Source: a virus
Taxonomy: Duplodnaviria > Heunggongvirae > Uroviricota > Caudoviricetes
Strand: one strand, 5' to 3'
Length of the DNA stretch: 11,880 nucleotides
Virus record (IMG/VR): IMGVR_UViG_2695420427_000005
Of this stretch, positions 1 through 6,559 are shown one piece after another. Position 1 is the first letter of the stretch, and the number at the start of each line of letters is the position of its first letter. The notes under the pieces are model-generated. The model was given only the letters and a program-made list of their open reading frames with translations. It was not told where the DNA came from and did not search any database. The translations under genes were made by a program, and so were the position numbers.

Positions 1-682
1 TATTCTCCCGCTCATGTTTAGCGCCGCTGAATGCCACCGCCGGAATAACAATTTGCCTGTCAAAAGGCTGATCGTCATAAATCCTGACGGTAATGGTCCC
101 TGATGGCCACCGCTCCGGTGCCCGGGAGTCCCGCGGAAAAGCCTTACCCACTGTTTTGACTATATCGCCTTCAATCTGGTTGGCTGACAGTTTCCCCTTA
201 ATCTGACAGTTCTCATTAATTGTGACATTGTTGAGCGTCCCGGCGTTCGCATTCACACTGCCACTGATATCTGCATTTTTAGCGGTCAGTTTTCCGTCCG
301 GTGTCAGGGAAAATGCCGGAGGATTACCGCCGCTGGTAATGGTGGGAGCCGTCAGATATTTCAGGAACACTTCATTCATGAATATCTGATCGCCCTGACC
401 AACAAACATCGGCTTTGTGTTGCCATTCGCAGGATTAATCATCGCAATCCTGTCTGCCGCCAGCAGCACCTGACTCTGCATTCCTGCTGGCGTATTCTCA
501 ATACCGGCACCGATACCCGCAATATAAAGGCGTCCGTCCTTCATCTGTTGCAGCTTCACAGCCCACATGCTGTTCAGATTATTATTTGTATCAACCTGAA
601 CCTTCTGTATCTGCTGGATTGCCGCACTCTGGTCTTTCAGTTTCTTATTGACAGTCTGCGTGATTTCATTGCTGACATCCGT

Positions 683-1330
683 AATGGACGTCCTGATTTC
701 AGCCAGGTCAGGCGCAAGCTGACCGTTATCAATCTGCGTCCACAGCTCCTGAGCCAGATGGGTTTTCCCTATCTCGCCTTTGAAAAAATCCAGATAGCCT
801 GATGCATCATCACTCGGCTGACCGACAGCCTCCACGAATGCCGATTTGCCAACGGTGTTCACACTGCGAACGTAAAAATAATAATCATGGCCCGGTTTGA
901 TATTGATACTGGCGGCTATCCAGTACAGCGCCGTACCAAGATAACGCGCGCTGGTTTCAACCTGCCTGATATCGGCAATCCGCGTTTCCGAGAACCAGAA
1001 CTCAAACTGTACCGTCGGATCATAAACCGCAAGATGCGGTATGGCGGTTATCTGAAAATAGCCCGGCGTCAGCTCAATCCGCGACGGTGCTGCCGGTGCG
1101 GCAATCCGGAACGATACCGACGCCGGATCGCCCTGCTGTCCCCACGCATTTATCGCCCGGACCGTCAGCGTGTAACGCCCCAGCGCCAGTTGCCTGAAGC
1201 GGTATGTGGTTTCCGTCGTCCGGGCCGTGCTGACCAGCCGCTCACTGCCGTCATCCGCTGTTACGGTCAGACGGAGCAGGAAGCTCACGCCCTTCACCAC
1301 CTTCGGCGTGTCCCAGCGCGCCAGCACCTG
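683..1330. repeat. Copy A of an approximately 650-bp imperfect direct repeat inside J (lambda-like allele, in frame with the J body and C-terminus)
   Basis: Direct comparison with 1332..1982: roughly 93-95 percent identity by eye over the first ~430 bp, including a ~117-bp perfect stretch, then strong divergence over the last ~215 bp. Encodes the FN3-like region [17 protein letters not shown] ... [39 protein letters not shown]. Confidence 0.85.
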
Positions 1331-1331
1331 A

Positions 1332-1982
1332 AATGGACGTCCTGATTTCAGTCAGGTCAGGCGCAAGCTGACCGTTATCAATCTGCGTCCACAGCTCCTG
1401 AGCCAGATGTGTTTTCCCTATCTCTCCTTTGAAAAAATCCAGGTAACCTTCCGCATCATCGCTCGCCCGACCGACAGCCTCCACGAATGCCGATTTGCCA
1501 ACGGTGTTCACACTGCGAACGTAAAAATAATAATCATGGCCCGGTTTGATATTGATACTGGCGGCTATCCAGTACAGCGCCGTGCCAAGATAGCGTGCTG
1601 TGGTTTCAACCTGCCTGATATCCGCAATCCGCTTTTCCGAGAACCAGAACTCAAACTGTACCGTCGGGTCATAAACGGCAAGATGCGGCGTTGCGGTTAT
1701 CTGAAAATAGCCCGGCGTCAGCTCAATCCGCGACGGTGCTGCCGGTGCGGCAATCCGGAAGGTGGTGGTGGCAGGTTCACCCTGCTGGCCATAGCTGTTT
1801 ATCGCCCGCACCGTCAGGGTGTATTCCCCGAGCGGCAGGCCGCTGAAACGGTGCTCCGTGTCTGCGGTGATGGCGGTGGTCACCAGTCTGGCATCCGTTC
1901 CCTTACCACTGGTCAGGCGCAGACTGAAGCGCACACCCTTCACCACCCGCGGCGTGTCCCATTTCGCCTGCGCCAGATACTG
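1332..1982. repeat. Copy B of the direct repeat inside J (divergent allele, one nucleotide out of register with flanking J sequence)
   Basis: Same J segment as copy A in a different allele ([35 protein letters not shown] ... EIRTSI). Offset between copies is 649 bp, so the two cannot share a frame. Corresponds to track ORF 1251..1946, which runs into copy A out of frame and stops at 1251. Confidence 0.8.
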
Positions 1983-3923
1983 GCCGTCAGGTGCTGCACT
2001 GCCGGTGGGATGACGCTGTTCAGGGAACCTGACTGCGGCTCAAAGCGGGCACCGTTATCCACGATGGCTTCTTTTTCCAGTACGTGCTGCACCGCCGTGA
2101 TGGCAAAGGTGCCGTCCGTGTTTTCCCGGACGGAGACACAGCGGAACAGGCGACGGCGCAGTGACGGCAGGGAGAGTCCCCACACCCCGTATGTCTCCAC
2201 ACCATCAGGCAGGGTACTGACCTGTATCCGGTCCGGCGCGGGGTGTTCGGTGATGTCCACACTCACCGGCTTACCGCTGCCGTTAATCAGGTTCACCGTG
2301 GCGGCACCGGTCTCCGGAAGTGTCACTTCACGGTCCAGCGTCAGAGTGCGGGTGGCAGCATCAATGGACAGGACACGTCCGCCGGTCAGGGTCCCGGCAT
2401 AGTCGTTATCACAGATTTCAATGATGTCACCGGGTGTGTGCCGCAGCCCCTGAGACCCGAGCGTGAAATCCACCGTCTGCGTTTCCAGCAGTTCGGTCTT
2501 TATCACCCACAGTCCGGCACGGTGGGCCTGACCGCGGCTGGTACAGCCGAACGCGTCCATCTTCAGCAGGTTGCGTCCGTAGCGCAGTATGGCTTCCGGG
2601 TCTTCCACCAGTTCCGTGGAGGTCTGCCAGCCGTTCTGCGGGTCGGTATAATTCACCTCCACCGCCGTGTGCCGGTCCTTCAGGGCACTGAAGCTGTAGC
2701 GGAAACCCACGCCGTTATCATCCACCACCACATCGCTGTTGGTGTACGGCCACACCACATCCGACGGGCGGTCCTGAACAAACGTCAGCGTCTGGCCGTT
2801 CCATACCGGCATACAGCGCATCGCCGAGCAGAAATCACTGAGCACGTCCCATGCCTTACGCTGTTGTGCCAGGTACGCATTGAAGGTCATCCGCGGCTCG
2901 GTCTCCCCGAAACTATCCGGGACCGTCTGGTCGCAGTACTGCCCGATGGCATACAGCGCCCACTTGTCCACATCCGCCGCCCCCAGACGTTTTCCCATGC
3001 CGTAGCGCGGGTGAGTCAGCATGTCCCACAGACACCAGGCCGGATTGTTGCTGTATGCCGGTTTCAGGCTGCCGTCCCAGATACCACTGTACGTGCGTTT
3101 TTCCGGGTCATAGTTTGACGGCACCTGGATGATGCGACCGCGGATATGGTAGTTCACCGTCATCTGCTGGCCGCCGAACTGCTCCGCATCCACCTGCAGC
3201 CCCACAATGGCCGTGTTCGGGTAGCACTGTTTCACATCGATGATTTCGGTGTATGACGACCACAGCGTCTTATTCTGCAGCTGGTCCGTGGTGCTGTCCG
3301 CTGTCTCCCGGACCATCCGGATGTTAAAAGGACGGGGAGGCAGATTATCCAGAATCACCGACGCCAGAAACTGCGAGGTGGTCTTGCCGTTAATGGTGAC
3401 ATCCTTTTCTGTCACCCAGTTACCGTTACGCTGTAACTGAATCAGCAGGCGGACGGATGTCGGGTTTCGGTCACCCTTTGACGTGGTCTGCACCAGTGAC
3501 TGCACCCCGAAGGTAACCCGCAGGCGGTCAATGTTCGCGGACGTAATGGTGCGCGTCACCGGTTTTGCCTTCGTCACTTCCACGCCCAGTCCGGTTTCAG
3601 CACCGGAGGACTCAAAGCCTTCCGGTGGTGTCTGCTCCTGCTCCCCGGCGCGTCAGACCGCCGTCACACCGTGTATCACGGGATTACCGTCCGTGTCCGT
3701 CAGCGGGGTTTTGTTCACCAGGATACTCTGCAGTCCCTTCACCGGACCTTCTATCAGTCCCTCACCAATCGCATCAATCACGCTCATCATCTGCGTGGAT
3801 TTGAGATTATCCTTCGCCTCACGAGGCGTGTGTGCCTTACCGCCACCTTTTCCCATACAGCCTTCCCCTGAATAAATTAACCGCCACTTGCCATTCCGTA
3901 CAGAAGTCGGATATCCTTCGCCC

Positions 3924-3995
3924 GAAAAGCATGAAACACATTTCTGCCATGCTAAAGAGAAACCCCGGTATCAGCAGATACCGGGGTTTTCTTTC
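3924..3995 (+). ncRNA. Candidate small RNA 1 (about 70 nt), antisense to the tail operon; weak promoter, strong terminator
   Basis: Possible sigma70 promoter TTGCCA (3888..3893), 18-bp spacer, TATCCT (3912..3917); ends at the 3961..3995 hairpin. The only ORF through it (MKHISAML...) reads across the terminator stem and has no SD. Confidence 0.2.
3961..3995. terminator. Intrinsic-terminator-like hairpin with U-rich tails on both strands (possibly bidirectional)
   Basis: Perfect 12-bp stem AACCCCGGTATC (3961..3972) / GATACCGGGGTT (3977..3988) with 4-nt loop AGCA. Plus strand follows with TTTTCTTTC; minus strand follows with TTTCTCTTT. Confidence 0.55.
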
Positions 3996-4061
3996 ATGCC
4001 CACCGATAATCCTGTTGGTTAAAACCGGTAATGGCATAAAAATTCTGAATATCTTCACATT

Positions 4062-4089
4062 TTCACAAACTGACTGTGGCGCGTATAAT
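4062..4089 (+). promoter_or_regulatory. Near-consensus sigma70 promoter, TTCACA-16 bp-TATAAT, firing away from J toward I (antisense to the tail operon)
   Basis: -35 TTCACA at 4062..4067, 16-bp spacer, -10 TATAAT at 4084..4089, in an AT-rich context; predicted start near 4096. Confidence 0.45.
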
Positions 4090-4095
4090 TTCTCT

Positions 4096-4193
4096 GCGTT
4101 AATTTTTTTGTCGTGATATAAGAATAATTCCTTACACTTAATCTTCGTAACTCTCCCGCAGTTCCTGTCCGCGATCACTGCGGGATTTTTTTA
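4096..4193 (+). ncRNA. Candidate small RNA 2 (about 95-100 nt) between promoter 4062..4089 and terminator 4154..4192
   Basis: Promoter and terminator bracket about 100 nt with no plausible start codon plus RBS. The sequence is AU-rich with a 3' hairpin and poly-U tail, the usual architecture of Hfq-type sRNAs. Confidence 0.3.
4154..4193 (+). terminator. Rho-independent terminator, plus-strand orientation
   Basis: 9-bp stem TCCCGCAGT (4154..4162) / ACTGCGGGA (4177..4185) followed by TTTTTTT (4186..4192). The minus-strand side has no U-tract, so it is unidirectional. It lies just 3' of the I stop but points the wrong way to terminate I. Confidence 0.55.
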
Positions 4194-4199
4194 TTCTTT

Positions 4200-4880
4200 T
4201 TACCCCTGCCGCCCGATAACCACGACCTTTCCGCCCCCGCCTTCATCACGGGTGCTGATGTCCTGGGATATACGGCGGGAGCCAACCAGCATTTCCCCGT
4301 AAGGCACCGGCATCGGGTTCCCCTGGGCAATCATGTTATCCAGTGAGGAAAAGTACGTGTTCTGTCTGCCGTTATCCGTTGCGCGGTAATCCGGTGTTTT
4401 TGCCTTCGGGGCCAGCATCTGGGCCACACCGCCCAGAATCATGCTGGCTCCAAGTGAAAACAGCATCGTGGTGGCAGAAAAACCACCGGCTGCCAGGGCT
4501 GAACCCCATAACGCCATTGATGCCCCGGCAGTGAAGAAAGAGCCCACGATGGCTGCCGCCCCCAGCACAATCTGCAGTCCACCCTTTCCGGCCCCGGCCA
4601 GTCGCGGCACAATGTGGATGACCGTTCCCTCACCCAGCTGTTCGTGAAGACGGGCGTACACCGCCTCCGGTGCCGTGTCATAACCGGCAATACGTATCTG
4701 GTACCAGCCTTCGTTCATCTGACGGCGAAAGCCCGGCATCTGCATCGACAGGGCGCGAATGGCTTCCGCTGCCGTGTTCACATACAGGCTGAGGCGGCGG
4801 CCAAATCGTTGTAAATCCCCGTGAAGGCAGATGCGTGCCAGTGGCGGTGACGCCAGACTGAATGCGTTCGTCGTTGCCAT
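4200..4880 (-). CDS. I: Tail tip assembly protein I
   Basis: 226 aa, MATTNAFSLASPPLARICLHGDLQRFGRR ..., with a Gly/Ala-rich hydrophobic segment; collinear with lambda gpI (223 aa). Position between K and J. Confidence 0.9.
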   Translation of the reverse strand: MATTNAFSLASPPLARICLHGDLQRFGRRLSLYVNTAAEAIRALSMQMPGFRRQMNEGWYQIRIAGYDTAPEAVYARLHEQLGEGTVIHIVPRLAGAGKGGLQIVLGAAAIVGSFFTAGASMALWGSALAAGGFSATTMLFSLGASMILGGVAQMLAPKAKTPDYRATDNGRQNTYFSSLDNMIAQGNPMPVPYGEMLVGSRRISQDISTRDEGGGGKVVVIGRQG

Positions 4881-5521
4881 TTTTCGGAATACCTCTCCCG
4901 TTTACTCAGTTGTTCAGGCAGATGGTGAAGCAGCTCACCGTTGCCGCAGTAAATGGCGGCATGGTTCGGTACCGAAGCACCAAAGCAGCACAGCAGAATA
5001 TCGCCCGCCTGTGCAGAGGACAGGGGCACCCGGTAAAAGCCGGTGACCGCCATATTGTCCAGGTAAAGGTTCTGACCGTTGCGCCACCAGTCATCCTCGC
5101 GATGAAAATCCGGCATTTCAGTCCCCGCCAGATGATAAGCATCCCGGAACAGCGTGTAACAGTCCGTCACCCCGTGCTCAAAGCGCCGTCCTGTCAGATG
5201 TGGCACACAGCGGAATTTGTGAATGTCACCCCGGCAGACCAACCACCAGGGCAGTGCGCTTTTTATCTGCAACCGCCGGTCAGCCTCGCTCAGCCAGGGC
5301 AGCCCACCGGGATGACTGTGGACCAGTGCCACAATCTCCCCCTGCATCTCTGCCCGCAGCCAGTCTTCCGGTGCGATACGAAAATACGCCTCCGGCTCTG
5401 CGGAAATATTCACACAAGGGATATACCGCTCCCCCTCCGGCGTGCTTATCACGAAGCCGCACGACTCCGCAGGCGCACACCGCCGGGCATGTGCCAGAAT
5501 CGCTGATTCAGTCTGTGTCAT
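4778..5521 (-). CDS. K: Tail tip assembly protein K (MPN/JAB plus NlpC/P60 two-domain protein)
   Basis: Starts MTQTESAILAHARRCAPAESCGFV ... and contains the HSHPGG (JAB/MPN) motif and a later Cys/His pair typical of NlpC/P60. The longer track ORF (to 5782) would overlap L and is rejected. The 3' end overlaps I by 103 nt, as I recall for lambda K/I. Confidence 0.8.
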   Translation of the reverse strand: MTQTESAILAHARRCAPAESCGFVISTPEGERYIPCVNISAEPEAYFRIAPEDWLRAEMQGEIVALVHSHPGGLPWLSEADRRLQIKSALPWWLVCRGDIHKFRCVPHLTGRRFEHGVTDCYTLFRDAYHLAGTEMPDFHREDDWWRNGQNLYLDNMAVTGFYRVPLSSAQAGDILLCCFGASVPNHAAIYCGNGELLHHLPEQLSKRERYSEKWQRRTHSVWRHRHWHASAFTGIYNDLAAASACM

Positions 5522-5531
5522 AAACCGGGAT

Positions 5532-6230
5532 TTACTGCGAAAGTTTATTAATGGAAAGGAAACCGCCAAAATTGCCGACATTCCTGCGCAGTTCACACCC
5601 GCGCATGCACTTGCTGCATCTGTCCTTACGGATATCCGTGGTGGGGTTGTCGAACTCATCCGCCACCGCAGGACCGTTATACCCGCATTCATCTCCCCGG
5701 TAATCCCACATACAGGTGTTCGCCAGCATGATGCGACCGGGAAACAGCGCCCCGTCCGTCTCGGTCGGTGTAGCCAGCACAAACGAGGCCGTCATGGCTG
5801 TCAGCTGCGACATCTGCTCCACCACCCAGCGGTCACTCAGCTCCTGCTCCGGGTCCGCCTCCGGATTGCCCGCAACGAAATTCACCGCATCCAGAAAACG
5901 GGCATACACCCGGCGGCGGACCACCGTGGCCCCCACCAGACTCTGCAGGTCTTCCGCCATCCCGGTGACCAGACCGAACAGATTGGACACCGTCAGCGAC
6001 GGTCTGGCACTGCTGCCCCGGCCGTTCATCTCAAAGCCGCTGCCGTCAATCGGGTATGCCTCATACTTACGCCCCTGCCAGGTGACCGGCTCCCCTTTTT
6101 CATTCAGCTCATTACAGAAAAAATACCGCTCACCACCCTGTACCGTCAGGTCGATTTCCCAGAGTACCACCCGCGGTGACTGCTCTGACTTAACCGACTC
6201 GTTCAGACTTTCTTCGCGAATATCCTGCAT
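5532..6230 (-). CDS. L: Minor tail protein L
   Basis: 232 aa, same length as lambda gpL, with high similarity along its length and a C-terminal cysteine cluster (CSKCMRGC) consistent with the known Fe-S site of gpL. Its start ATG overlaps the M stop (ATGA). Confidence 0.92.
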   Translation of the reverse strand: MQDIREESLNESVKSEQSPRVVLWEIDLTVQGGERYFFCNELNEKGEPVTWQGRKYEAYPIDGSGFEMNGRGSSARPSLTVSNLFGLVTGMAEDLQSLVGATVVRRRVYARFLDAVNFVAGNPEADPEQELSDRWVVEQMSQLTAMTASFVLATPTETDGALFPGRIMLANTCMWDYRGDECGYNGPAVADEFDNPTTDIRKDRCSKCMRGCELRRNVGNFGGFLSINKLSQ

Positions 6231-6559
6231 CAGTTCACCACCTGCTTAAACTCCGCGCTGAACTCAACGCGCAACATCCCGACCCGCGCAGACCACCCGG
6301 CACAGGTCACCTTTATCTGCCGGTATGCATAGGGTGGCTTCCACAAAAATGCCTTCCAGCCACCGTGCTCTGCCAGGAACGCTTCCAGATGCCGGGCCTC
6401 CTCCCGGGTCACGGAAAGCGTCACCCTGTATGTTTTCAGGTCAGCATTCAGCCCTGCCGCCATACGCTGTGAGTACCCGTCACCAAAACGCACTTCACGC
6501 ACCGATGGCTGCGAGTTCACCTCCATATCCGGCTTCACTTTCCAGCGAAAGGTTTTCAT
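6230..6559 (-). CDS. M: Minor tail protein M
   Basis: 109 aa, MKTFRWKVKPDMEVNSQPSVREVRFGDGYSQR ...; same length and sequence pattern as lambda gpM. Overlaps the H stop by 4 nt. Confidence 0.92.
   Translation of the reverse strand: MKTFRWKVKPDMEVNSQPSVREVRFGDGYSQRMAAGLNADLKTYRVTLSVTREEARHLEAFLAEHGGWKAFLWKPPYAYRQIKVTCAGWSARVGMLRVEFSAEFKQVVN

Larger units (their letters stand above)
1..3856 (-). pseudogene. J: Host specificity / central tail fibre protein J, 3' end beyond window start; disrupted by an in-frame TGA (3653..3655) and an out-of-register 651-bp duplicated block (1331..1981)
   Basis: Translation from ATG at 3856..3854 (SD-like GGAAGG upstream) gives MGKGGGKAHTPREAKDNLKSTQ..., matching the lambda J N-terminus, then stops at TGA. 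The same frame continues (RAGEQEQTPPEGFES ... AVQHLTA) to about 1982 with high similarity to J. Region 1332..1982 encodes J-like sequence in a frame shifted by 1 nt ([17 protein letters not shown] ... EIRTSI). Region 1..1330 encodes J-like sequence back in the original frame ([32 protein letters not shown] ... TDVSNEITQ ... [25 protein letters not shown] ...) with no stop to the window edge. Confidence 0.85.

Noticed and set aside
683-1982. Interpreting the repeat pair as a mobile element (IS or MITE) or a CRISPR-like array
   Set aside because: There are only two copies, about 650 bp each, with no terminal inverted repeats or transposase; both copies are protein-coding J sequence from different alleles, so this is intragenic duplication or recombination.
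1407-2402. 331-aa plus-strand ORF, plus similar long plus-strand ORFs at 887..1345, 2243..3118, 4862..5506, 5442..6179, 5716..6249, 6700..7557, 8057..8656 and 9320..10654
   Set aside because: All lie antisense to strongly conserved tail genes in GC-rich DNA, have Arg/Pro/Cys-rich low-complexity translations and no recognisable homology or RBS; they are typical shadow ORFs.
1251-3583. Treating track ORFs 1251..1946 and 1940..3583 (and 3653..3856) as three separate genes
   Set aside because: All three are collinear pieces of a single J homologue, separated by an in-frame stop and a 1-nt phase change; they are fragments of one disrupted gene.
3832-4178. ORFs in the I-J spacer: 94 aa on plus (3832..4116) and 113 aa on minus (3837..4178)
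   Set aside because: Both run through the terminator hairpins and into the J start, lack Shine-Dalgarno sequences, and have AT-rich low-complexity translations; the spacer is better explained as non-coding RNA and regulatory DNA.
5522-5782. N-terminal extension of K overlapping L
   Set aside because: The extension (MCWLHRPRRTGRCFPV...) is Arg/Cys-rich, has no homology, and overlaps the conserved L coding region; the conserved K start MTQTES sits just after the L stop.
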